DNA of 27,886 bases from a virus (Duplodnaviria > Caudoviricetes): IMG/VR virus record IMGVR_UViG_3300032608_000546, positions 1-27,886 of that record. One strand, given 5' to 3'. Position numbers and translations under genes: made by a program. Under the pieces are notes generated by a model. The model was not told the origin of the DNA, did not search any database, and was given only the letters and a program-made list of their open reading frames with translations. Positions 17,138 through 25,059 of the stretch are shown piece after piece (position 1 is the first letter of the stretch; every line of letters begins with the position of its first letter).

Positions 17138-17168
17138 TTAAAGCCCTTTCCTTGATAGAAGTATATTA

Positions 17169-19520
17169 TTAAAAATCATACTTTTCAAGCATGTCTTCAC
17201 TAGTACTTAGATATTCATTTGGTCTTTCTTCTAAATCTCTAATGTTAACTATATTATCTTTAATCATATTAAGATAATTCAACATCACTATAGAATCATA
17301 TAAATCAGGGCTATACCCTAACTTCTTCCTCGTTTCAGCTTTCGGAGCCAATTTAATTACCCTATCATCAATAGCATAAGACATAGCTAATATCTGCTTT
17401 TGCACTTCTGGCATATGCAATATTGATATACTTTGTTCCTGAAACGCTAACCTAAATAACCATGCTGCCTCTGATCTTTTATTCTTATAACTATAAAAAT
17501 CTTTAGTATGTGCTTTTTTACCTTTTTCGCTTGTTGTTCCAGTTAAAGGAATCCCCCCAGCCACAAACCCATAAACGTTATATCCGTCATACTCTAAGGT
17601 TTTTAATGTACCAGCCCCTACACCAATGCTATCGACAATGATAGTCTCAATGTTATGTTCAGCTACTCTTAACTTAGCTAAATGAGCCGCTTTTATTTCA
17701 TCTAATTTCCTGTCTACTTCATACTTATAAATTGTATTCTGTTTCATATAACTAAACGCCGTAGAATCTTTACCGTCATCACTTGGATCAATTGATAACA
17801 AACCGCTACCGGTTAACTGCATTTCTGCTATTTGATCCTCATCAACCTTGCAATTCCTATACATTTCATAAGTTATTAATTGCGCTGGATTATCGTCATA
17901 ATCCCATTTACCAAGCCAGTACCGATTATATTCTTCTTCTGGCAAAGACTTCATTAGTTCGTCTGTGCTTTTATCTCTAAACTTATTATCAACTGGGAGA
18001 CTTAACTGAAAATATGTATCTGCAGGCAACTTCCCATCTAAGTGTTTGTCATAAAACAATTCTTTGGGCCATTCTTTGGTAGGATTAAAGTCTAAGAACA
18101 AGGCCGGCCTAATCTTTCCTATTTTGCCATCTTTGTCCACAAACTCATTCCACCGCCCAACCCTAGTTTTGGCTATCTCGAAATACTTTTGGCTCACTTG
18201 ATTAGCCTCGTTAAAGAATACAATCGTATATTCTCCACCTTTTACATTGTCGCAATCGGGATCTTTGCTAATATCAGCCCACAAAAACAATATCTCGCTG
18301 CCATTAGAATACTTTGCCTTCATATCCTTGATATTCACGTCTTTAGTGCCAGTTATCACCAATGCTTTTTTATAAGACGGAATTGAATTTAATTTGAGAA
18401 CTTTTTCAGATTTTCTAAATACTGCTATTCTTGTGTTAGGTGCTACCTTACAAATAGTATCAAACAATAGGAATATACCGACTGTTTTTGCGCTGTTATG
18501 ATTTATAAACCCATTGCCTAAATAACTATTTAAAACAGGAACATGTAAATCATAATAATAATCATATTTTTTATATTTTATTGATTTTATCTTTTCTTCA
18601 CGTAGGGACAAATTATGATATGATAATCGCACCCGAATCAGAAAGGACTTATATGAAAAAGTTAAAAGGGCAAAGATTAGATTCAAAATTAATTGAACAA
18701 ATAGAAAAATTGGCAGCACAACAATTGTCATCAAGAGAAATAGGAAAAATAGTGGGAAAATCAGCAAAAGCAATACAAAAAATTTACATAAGATATGAAA
18801 TAAAAAATCACAGACCGCAATCGAGCTGCCCAGGAAATTTACACCCTTTATGGAAGGGAGGAAGAACAGTCGAGAAACGAAATGGGTATGTTTATATTTT
18901 TTCTCCGAAACATCCTTTTCGAAACAAGCATACAAAATATGTTCGAGAGCACAGACTTGTAATGGAACAACATTTAAAACGGTATTTATTGCCGACAGAA
19001 GTTGTCCACCATAAAGACGGCAACCCTTCAAATAATTCTTTAGAGAATTTGCAATTATTCCGAAACAATGCTGAACACCTAAAAATAGAGCTTTCTGGCA
19101 AAATTCCAAAATGGTCAAAGGATGGATACCTCCGTATACTTGAAGGTTATCAGAAACGCAGAGATCAGAAAGTCTAGTCCATTTGTTATTACTCAAAAAT
19201 TTATGATTTTTAGTGCAGGTTATCTTAAACCCTCTAGCAGTGACTACTTCATATAAATCAGCCCTTTTCTTTATGCTTGGATTTTCACAATGAGTATCAA
19301 TATATTTTTTACTTTTATAGCAATAGCTTCTAACGGAATCCCCAGTTTTAAAATCTTTTGCCTTAATATATTTATTTTTTAAAGAATTAAATATTTGAGT
19401 ATCACCATCAACACAATTAGTGCCACCACCTAATGCATAAATAAAAAATTTCCCTGACTGGAATGCCTCTAATAATTCACGCTGCTTATCGGTTGTTTTC
19501 TCTGGGTTCCATTTGGACAT
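17169..19520 (-). CDS. terL: Terminase large subunit precursor with intein
   Basis: Reconstituted Walker A GGGTN^SAKT, Walker B VFFNEANQ, coupling motif DFNP, nuclease SIDPSDDGKD, VDSIGVGAG, NKRSEAAW, LGYSPDLYDS. Spliced product ~476 aa. Confidence 0.93.
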   Translation of the reverse strand: MSKWNPEKTTDKQRELLEAFQSGKFFIYALGGGTNCVDGDTQIFNSLKNKYIKAKDFKTGDSVRSYCYKSKKYIDTHCENPSIKKRADLYEVVTARGFKITCTKNHKFLSNNKWTRLSDLCVSDNLQVYGGIHPLTILEFCQKALFLGVQHCFGIIANSLKNYLKGCRLYGGQLLSAINTVLNVVPLQVCALEHILYACFEKDVSEKKYKHTHFVSRLFFLPSIKGVNFLGSSIAVCDFLFHILCKFFVLLLLIFPLFFLFLLMTIVVLPIFLFVQLILNLIFALLTFSYKSFLIRVRLSYHNLSLREEKIKSIKYKKYDYYYDLHVPVLNSYLGNGFINHNSAKTVGIFLLFDTICKVAPNTRIAVFRKSEKVLKLNSIPSYKKALVITGTKDVNIKDMKAKYSNGSEILFLWADISKDPDCDNVKGGEYTIVFFNEANQVSQKYFEIAKTRVGRWNEFVDKDGKIGKIRPALFLDFNPTKEWPKELFYDKHLDGKLPADTYFQLSLPVDNKFRDKSTDELMKSLPEEEYNRYWLGKWDYDDNPAQLITYEMYRNCKVDEDQIAEMQLTGSGLLSIDPSDDGKDSTAFSYMKQNTIYKYEVDRKLDEIKAAHLAKLRVAEHNIETIIVDSIGVGAGTLKTLEYDGYNVYGFVAGGIPLTGTTSEKGKKAHTKDFYSYKNKRSEAAWLFRLAFQEQSISILHMPEVQKQILAMSYAIDDRVIKLAPKAETRKKLGYSPDLYDSIVMLNYLNMIKDNIVNIRDLEERPNEYLSTSEDMLEKYDF
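18597..18624 (+). promoter_or_regulatory. Candidate sigma70 extended -10 promoter for antisense HNH
   Basis: TTCACG-N16-TATGAT with TGn extension (TGATATGAT 18616-18624), ~28 nt before ATG 18653. Confidence 0.4.
18653..19177 (+). CDS. HNH homing endonuclease (HTH + HNH_3-like), antisense within the intein
   Basis: SD GAAAGGA 18641-18647 then ATG 18653; LSSREIGKIVGKSAKAI (HTH), HPLWKGG, YVREHRLVMEQHL, VHHKDGNPSNNSLENL; 174 aa. Confidence 0.9.
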   Translation: MKKLKGQRLDSKLIEQIEKLAAQQLSSREIGKIVGKSAKAIQKIYIRYEIKNHRPQSSCPGNLHPLWKGGRTVEKRNGYVYIFSPKHPFRNKHTKYVREHRLVMEQHLKRYLLPTEVVHHKDGNPSNNSLENLQLFRNNAEHLKIELSGKIPKWSKDGYLRILEGYQKRRDQKV

Positions 19521-19523
19521 CAA

Positions 19524-19952
19524 CTACCTAGCACTTTCAGCATTGCCCAAGTTTTCACCTAAATAATATTCACAATTATACATTATTGCTTTTGTTGTAG
19601 GCAATAACCCACAATCTTTTATGCATGTAACACAAAGTTTATTTGTTTGTTCATTTTCGTTGTTATGAACAGGTTTGGTCAATATCTGTTCATCCTTTGC
19701 TTGAGATATTAAAGTGTCTATCATCATATTTGTTACATTTATTGTATTCACGGGAGTATTAAACGATCCTCTTGGATTTAATGTAATTTGAATTCTTTCA
19801 CAAGTAGCTATAATTGTATCTTTTACTATGCAACTAACTCTGGACTTCTCCTTGTCGCAGCTTCTTTTCATCATTGTATACGCTGTATTATCATACTCAC
19901 GTAAATTGTATTTATCTATTTGTTTCGCTTGTTGTTCTTCTATGAAATTCAT
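19524..19952 (-). CDS. Hypothetical protein between TerS and TerL
   Basis: 142 aa, C-terminal CVTCIKDC...CEYY cluster. Confidence 0.6.
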   Translation of the reverse strand: MNFIEEQQAKQIDKYNLREYDNTAYTMMKRSCDKEKSRVSCIVKDTIIATCERIQITLNPRGSFNTPVNTINVTNMMIDTLISQAKDEQILTKPVHNNENEQTNKLCVTCIKDCGLLPTTKAIMYNCEYYLGENLGNAESAR

Positions 19953-19958
19953 TTCTTA

Positions 19959-20384
19959 TTATGCCTCTTTTTCTTTTTCCTTCATGTCATCATCAATAAT
20001 AAAACTTTCCCCCAACATTCCTTTTGCTTTATTAAGGTCTATGCCTCCAGAATGTTCTATCTTTTGTGCAAAAGCTTCTCTTGCTTGTTTAGGAAACATT
20101 ACTTTCAACCAACTCTCTGGATTCTTCTTCCCCATTATCTTTATAATGGCAGGTAAATCTACTCTTAAATAACCAACTTTTTCATAGTACATATCCCAAA
20201 AATCACTATTATTAGGATCCTCCCAGTTAGCAGGAGTATTGATTCCTATGCCATTTATTTCACAAAACTCTTTTTTTGTAAAATGGGCATATCCCATCTC
20301 TATTAATTTTGCCTTCCCTGATTCCCCACAGTTCTTGTAAGCTAACCATTCTGCATATAACTCTTCTTCTTTTACTTTAGCCAT
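19959..20384 (-). CDS. terS: Probable terminase small subunit
   Basis: HTH-like TKKEFCEINGIGINTPANWE, C-terminal QKIEHSG; upstream of TerL; start ATG 20384 with SD GGGAG. Confidence 0.65.
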   Translation of the reverse strand: MAKVKEEELYAEWLAYKNCGESGKAKLIEMGYAHFTKKEFCEINGIGINTPANWEDPNNSDFWDMYYEKVGYLRVDLPAIIKIMGKKNPESWLKVMFPKQAREAFAQKIEHSGGIDLNKAKGMLGESFIIDDDMKEKEKEA

Positions 20385-20386
20385 TA

Positions 20387-20542
20387 CTATACTCCCACGC
20401 AAGCCATCTCGATATCAGTTGTAGCTTGCTTCCTTAATTTCCAAAATTGACTCCTTGCATGACCCAATATGTTAGATATATCTGTTTCTGCTATATCTTT
20501 GTTTCTTAAATAAAAATATAAATCCGATGTTTCATTATCCAT
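20387..20542 (-). CDS. 51-aa HTH-like small ORF (not in ORF track)
   Basis: SD AGGAG; MDNETSDLYFYLRNKDIAETDISNILGHARSQFWKLRKQATTDIEMACVGV; exactly fills the gap. Confidence 0.6.
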   Translation of the reverse strand: MDNETSDLYFYLRNKDIAETDISNILGHARSQFWKLRKQATTDIEMACVGV

Positions 20543-20543
20543 T

Positions 20544-21026
20544 TTATTTACTCCTATGTAAAAAACAATAAAATTCGTTCTTTGTTTTTATCTTCCATAC
20601 CGAACATTTATCACTACGTTTCTTGTTATTAAGCTTTTGTCTTAATTTACAAGTATTGCATCTCTTTAAGTTATTATTAACTATCTTATCTATTCCAGCA
20701 TTAAACTCTTGCTTGCAAAGATAAATGCTTTTCTTTGCCGTTCTGGATATTTGTTGATAACTAAACCCAGTCATTCTGGCTATAATTACCGACCTCTCTA
20801 ACCCGGTTAATCCAGCAAACCCTTTCTTGAAATTCCAATTCTCATGCTCTGCACATATTTCACTTAACAACTTCCCATTCCAGTTAACTACTTCATTGTG
20901 AGGCGTTAAGAATACATTAAGATTATATTTAGCGTCCCTGTCATATATTTTTTCGTTTTCATAATTCTTTAGCTTGTACTGCTTTGAATACTTTTTTTCA
21001 AATTCTTTTCTTTCGTAATCATCCAT
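20544..21026 (-). CDS. Sigma70 region-4-like HTH regulator (candidate late activator)
   Basis: LTGLERSVIIARMTGFSYQQISRT...AGIDKI resembles sigma r4; C-terminal Cys cluster; just upstream of packaging genes. Confidence 0.55.
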   Translation of the reverse strand: MDDYERKEFEKKYSKQYKLKNYENEKIYDRDAKYNLNVFLTPHNEVVNWNGKLLSEICAEHENWNFKKGFAGLTGLERSVIIARMTGFSYQQISRTAKKSIYLCKQEFNAGIDKIVNNNLKRCNTCKLRQKLNNKKRSDKCSVWKIKTKNEFYCFLHRSK

Positions 21027-21029
21027 TGT

Positions 21030-21215
21030 TTATTTTATCACACCTAACTCTAATAATATCGACCACCATCCCAATATGCCAAATGTTAATGCAATTATAA
21101 AGACCGCAAACCCAAAATAAAACGATTTAGGCTGGTTTGGCCTTGATCCTATAACTAAACATAATAATAATAAGAATAATTGATATATTAAACTAAACCA
21201 TGCTAATAATTTCAC
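21030..21215 (-). CDS. Small membrane protein (2 TM)
   Basis: Two hydrophobic stretches; SD GGAGG; ATGA overlap. Confidence 0.55.
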   Translation of the reverse strand: MKLLAWFSLIYQLFLLLLCLVIGSRPNQPKSFYFGFAVFIIALTFGILGWWSILLELGVIK

Positions 21216-21424
21216 TTAATTCCTCCTGTAATCGTTATATTAAATGTTGGAGCATATATTTGCCAATACCCACATTTGCAAATATATTTTAATCCCTCAA
21301 AAACACTATTTTTTTTCTCTATCGAATGCCAATAAGCATGTTGATCATTTGGCACTTTCTCCTTCTTACAATTAGGACATTTAATCCATCTAAGTTTTTT
21401 GTGTTTATGGTAAGTTAAACTCAT
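21212..21424 (-). CDS. Zinc-ribbon hypothetical protein
   Basis: CPNC...CKCG; ATGA overlap. Confidence 0.55.
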   Translation of the reverse strand: MSLTYHKHKKLRWIKCPNCKKEKVPNDQHAYWHSIEKKNSVFEGLKYICKCGYWQIYAPTFNITITGGIK

Positions 21425-22128
21425 AATTTATTTTTCTCAAAATCTTCTTTAGATAAATAAGGATATAAATCTTCCAGTGAATGACCAGCTGTAAGCTTAG
21501 GCAACATTTCTTGCCCTTTTTTAATATTTACTGTAGTAAACATTGCAAAAGGATTATTCATTATATAATTTAATTCGCTAAGACTATCGTTATCTCTTAA
21601 TTTATAAATATAATGTCCATAAGCTTGAGCTATCTTGCTTAAATCAGGGAATGCTAATCCGCTCTCCGGGCTAGACCCTGCTTCATTCCCACCTAACCAT
21701 ATTCTTAGGGTTTGGTTAATAATCCCATATTCTTTATTGTCCATTACAAACATCTTTAATGGTATTTTGTTATACGCTACTGTTGCTAATTCCTGTATGT
21801 TCATATTGCAAGCACCATCACCCATAATACAAACTATTTGCCTGTCAGGGTTGGCATACCAAGCGCCAATGCCTGCTGGTAAAGAATACCCCATCGGCGA
21901 ATGATTGAATGAAGTAAATAATGTTTGTCCTTTTTTAAGGTTAAGCCCTTGCATACACCAAATTAATGTCCCTCCCGAATCGGGGATAATAATTGCATCA
22001 TCATCTAAATGTTTTGAAAGTTCTTCCATGAATACATAAGGATTAACAAAATCCTTTTGGTCTCTATATTCTTGAGTGCATATAGGATATTTCTTTTCCC
22101 AACCTTTTATTCTTTCTTTCCAATTCAT
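21421..22128 (-). CDS. ThDP enzyme (acetolactate synthase-like), C-terminal PP domain
   Basis: PMGYSLPAGIGA, GDGACNMNIQEL...MDNKEYG ThDP motif; SD GGAG, ATGA overlap. Confidence 0.9.
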   Translation of the reverse strand: MNWKERIKGWEKKYPICTQEYRDQKDFVNPYVFMEELSKHLDDDAIIIPDSGGTLIWCMQGLNLKKGQTLFTSFNHSPMGYSLPAGIGAWYANPDRQIVCIMGDGACNMNIQELATVAYNKIPLKMFVMDNKEYGIINQTLRIWLGGNEAGSSPESGLAFPDLSKIAQAYGHYIYKLRDNDSLSELNYIMNNPFAMFTTVNIKKGQEMLPKLTAGHSLEDLYPYLSKEDFEKNKL

Positions 22129-22526
22129 AATATTTCTCCAAAAAAATCTTTAAGGTCACAATGTATTTTTAAATCTATATTATGATATTTCAACTCAGCA
22201 TCATCTATATCCACTCTGATTTTTTTACATTCATTAAAGCTTCGCAAACTACCTGTTTGATGACTATCCAACCTGCTACCTAATATAATTAACAAATCAG
22301 CATTTTGTACTGCGAAATTACCGCCTCTTGTAGCACTAATGCCAAATGTTAAAGCTTCTGGAAACAAATCTTTAACTGCCCAAGTAACTACATAAGGAAT
22401 TTTATATTTATCAGCAAACTTTTTTGCTTCCTTTTCTGTGTTACTCCATTTAATACCAGCACCAAATATTATTAATGGCCGTTCAGCATTAAATATCATT
22501 GATTCAAATTTAATTTTATCTTGCAA
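22125..22526 (-). CDS. ThDP enzyme, central domain
   Basis: AERPLIIFGAG, GNFAVQNADLLIILGSRL, IRVDIDDAEL; TTG start 9 nt after AAGGAG. Confidence 0.85.
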   Translation of the reverse strand: MQDKIKFESMIFNAERPLIIFGAGIKWSNTEKEAKKFADKYKIPYVVTWAVKDLFPEALTFGISATRGGNFAVQNADLLIILGSRLDSHQTGSLRSFNECKKIRVDIDDAELKYHNIDLKIHCDLKDFFGEIL

Positions 22527-23148
22527 TAATTTTTGCTCCTTTTGACAAATTATCTTTAGCCCATAACGGTTGTAAGTTCGTATAGTGACATAATCTATAT
22601 ATTTCTTTTTCAGTTTTTGCTGATGCTAATGGAATTATATGATCTATATGCCACTTCCCATGATTATTCCATGTCATGCCATTTTTAAACTTTGATTCTA
22701 AATAATTTCTTGCAAATTCAAATGAACACCCTAAAATTTCTTTTGTATCATTAATTTTTATTATTTTTTTTTGTTTTAATATTTTCCTTATTCGTTTTCT
22801 AATTTTTTCCTTAATTAAAAATAAATAATCATGCTTTCTTTTTTCTTTTTGTCTCCTTGTCGCCTTATATATTTCCCTATAATCTTTTAATGCACATTTA
22901 TTAGAACAATATTTTGTGCCAATTCTCTTTTCTTTATTAATTTCTTTATTACATAATTTGCAATATCTTAATTCTCGACTTTTAATAATTAAATATTTTT
23001 TATTTTTATATCTATTTGTATTTTCTTGATTTCTTTTTTCTTTATTTTTATTATAAAAATTCTTGCTCATACATTTTTCAGAGCAAAATACAGCATCAAT
23101 TCTTTTTTTACTAATATCTTTTTTGCAAATTAAACATTCTCTATTCAT
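22516..23148 (-). CDS. Free-standing HNH homing endonuclease
   Basis: Two CxxC...CSxxC repeats; ILGCS, GMTWNNHGKWHIDHIIPL, CHYTNLQPLWAKDNLSKG. Confidence 0.88.
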   Translation of the reverse strand: MNRECLICKKDISKKRIDAVFCSEKCMSKNFYNKNKEKRNQENTNRYKNKKYLIIKSRELRYCKLCNKEINKEKRIGTKYCSNKCALKDYREIYKATRRQKEKRKHDYLFLIKEKIRKRIRKILKQKKIIKINDTKEILGCSFEFARNYLESKFKNGMTWNNHGKWHIDHIIPLASAKTEKEIYRLCHYTNLQPLWAKDNLSKGAKIIAR

Positions 23149-23695
23149 GCTTAAATTCCTTTAATTCACTTATATTTATTATATCTCGCTGCTTGCAATC
23201 AGGGATTTCAATTAAAACAGGGCCTTTTCTTCCTTCTTGGGCAAAATAAATACATTTTTGTAATTCATATAATATATTTTCAGAATTCCTAATACTTACC
23301 CCATATTTAGTAAATGTTTTACAAATATTTACAATATCCATCTCCTGAAATCCTATCTGTCTAATATTTTTGGTTTCTTTTGTTTTTAATCTACTAATTA
23401 CATCTGATCCAATTATAATTAACATTGGCACTGAATCATAGTAAGCACAGGCGATACCACTAATTACATTGCACAATCCCGGCCCAGAAGTAGCTATGCA
23501 AACCCCTAATCCTTTTAATCTTCCATAAGCTTCTGCTGCAATAGATGCAGCTTGTTCGTTTTCGCAAGGCACAAGAGTTAATTCTTTATGCCTTGAGAAT
23601 GAATCGTTAAGATGAAGAACAACCCCTCCGGAACCAGAAAATATATGAGAAGTATGCTTACTTAAATACTCAGCAACGTAGTTACTTAGCTTCAT
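23141..23695 (-). CDS. ThDP enzyme, N-terminal PYR domain
   Basis: NEQAASIAAEAYGR (catalytic Glu), ATSGPG, AYYDSVPML, GFQEMD, GRKGPVLIEIP; likely start ATG 23695. Confidence 0.9.
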   Translation of the reverse strand: MKLSNYVAEYLSKHTSHIFSGSGGVVLHLNDSFSRHKELTLVPCENEQAASIAAEAYGRLKGLGVCIATSGPGLCNVISGIACAYYDSVPMLIIIGSDVISRLKTKETKNIRQIGFQEMDIVNICKTFTKYGVSIRNSENILYELQKCIYFAQEGRKGPVLIEIPDCKQRDIINISELKEFKHE

Positions 23696-23873
23696 TTTTT
23701 TCACCTTTTATATAAACCATTCCTTTTTCCTTATCTCTAAATGCAACTATTCTCTCTGCTTCATTCCAAGATATTTGAATATGAGTTGCAGGTAAAATAT
23801 GTTTATTTACCAATACTTTTACAGATTCATGTAACTCTTCTAAAGCTTTTATTTGTTCATCATTTGTCATCAC
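23682..23873 (-). CDS. Hypothetical protein
   Basis: 63 aa overlapping both neighbours. Confidence 0.55.
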   Translation of the reverse strand: MMTNDEQIKALEELHESVKVLVNKHILPATHIQISWNEAERIVAFRDKEKGMVYIKGEKNEAK

Positions 23874-25047
23874 TAAACACCTCCTCTAATTTTTGCATTG
23901 CTTCTAATAATATATTTAAAGGCTGGCAAAATGCAATCCTTACATAGCCTTCTCCTTGTTCTCCAAACCAATCGCCCGGAGACAATAACACTCCTGCTTC
24001 TCTTAAAACATAATCACAAAAATCCTTACTAGTTAATCCTGTTTCTTTAATGTTAACAAACAGATAGAAACCACCGTCCGGCTTTATACATGATAATTTA
24101 TTTATTGAATTTATTTTTCTAAAGACTAAATTCATACGTTCTTCATATAAAGAAATTCTTGGATAAGTATTGTTAAACCATTGTTTCAAAGCTTCAATTC
24201 CTGCCGATTGAATAAATGGGCTAACACAAGATGAAGTAGTTTCTAATAGTAACCCCATTTTTTGAGTTAACTTTTTAGGAGCTATGCTTATTCCTAACCT
24301 CCACCCTGTCATTGAATAAGATTTGCTGAAACTATTAACTAAAATAGTCCTCTCTGCACATTTATCTAATATTTGAGGATATACATAATCAGGTTTGTAA
24401 ATAATATTATCGTAAACATCATCCATAATTAACCAAATGTCCTCTGGTTGACATAATAAACTCTGAATATCAAAAACATCTTGATTATCCATAATCGCCC
24501 CTGTAGGATTACTTGGAGAATTAATAATAATCATTTTTGTTTTATCTGTTACTTTATTAAAAACATCTTTGGCTTTTAATTTGAAATTATTTTCTTCTTT
24601 TAATTTGACCCTAACTATTTTTAACCCTAAATATTCAGCTATTGAATAATAAGAAACAAACCCGGGATCAGGGATTATTATTTCATCTCCGGGATTCCCG
24701 GTACAAGCCATTGCATAATACAGTTGCACATTTGCACCTGCGGTAACTAACAATTGATCTATGTCTGGTTTAAAATTTCTTCTTCTCTCTATATGTTTTT
24801 GATAAGCAAGTTTAAGCTTCCAAATCCCAGTCGGTGGTGCATAATGAGTTTCATTATTTGCTATAGACTTAATAGCGCTTAATTTTATATTATCATCAGT
24901 ATCAAAGTCTGGATCACCTATTGATAAATTTATGATCTTTTTACCGTTTAGTTCTGCTTCTTTTATCTTTTGAAGCGCACCAAACATTGGCTGACCTTTT
25001 AAATGTTTACTTCTTTGACTTAGTTGCATATTTTTACATGTTTCCAA
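23860..25047 (-). CDS. PLP-dependent aminotransferase class I/II
   Basis: INLSIGDPDF, NSPSNPTG, DDVY, NSFSKSYSMTGWRLG (PLP lysine), GEGYVRIAF. Confidence 0.95.
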   Translation of the reverse strand: METCKNMQLSQRSKHLKGQPMFGALQKIKEAELNGKKIINLSIGDPDFDTDDNIKLSAIKSIANNETHYAPPTGIWKLKLAYQKHIERRRNFKPDIDQLLVTAGANVQLYYAMACTGNPGDEIIIPDPGFVSYYSIAEYLGLKIVRVKLKEENNFKLKAKDVFNKVTDKTKMIIINSPSNPTGAIMDNQDVFDIQSLLCQPEDIWLIMDDVYDNIIYKPDYVYPQILDKCAERTILVNSFSKSYSMTGWRLGISIAPKKLTQKMGLLLETTSSCVSPFIQSAGIEALKQWFNNTYPRISLYEERMNLVFRKINSINKLSCIKPDGGFYLFVNIKETGLTSKDFCDYVLREAGVLLSPGDWFGEQGEGYVRIAFCQPLNILLEAMQKLEEVFSDDK

Positions 25048-25059
25048 TTATATATTTTT

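Larger units (their letters stand above)
18495..19415 (-). mobile_element. Intein (307 aa) in TerL P-loop
   Basis: Block A CVDGDTQI (Cys codon 19415-19413), block B ITCTKNHKF, block F YYYDLHV, terminal INHN followed by Ser+1. Confidence 0.93.

Noticed and set aside
18655-18800. TerL as a membrane protein
   Set aside because: The hydrophobic stretch lies within the intein and mirrors the antisense HNH codons.
18892-19101. Third overlapping ORF (minus, 69 aa) within the intein
   Set aside because: Codon-aligned shadow of the HNH gene with no SD or motifs.
22516-23148. Group I intron or intein surrounding the HNH in the ThDP enzyme
   Set aside because: HNH overlaps both flanking ORFs, leaving no room for a ribozyme core, and there are no Hint motifs; RT-PCR would settle it.
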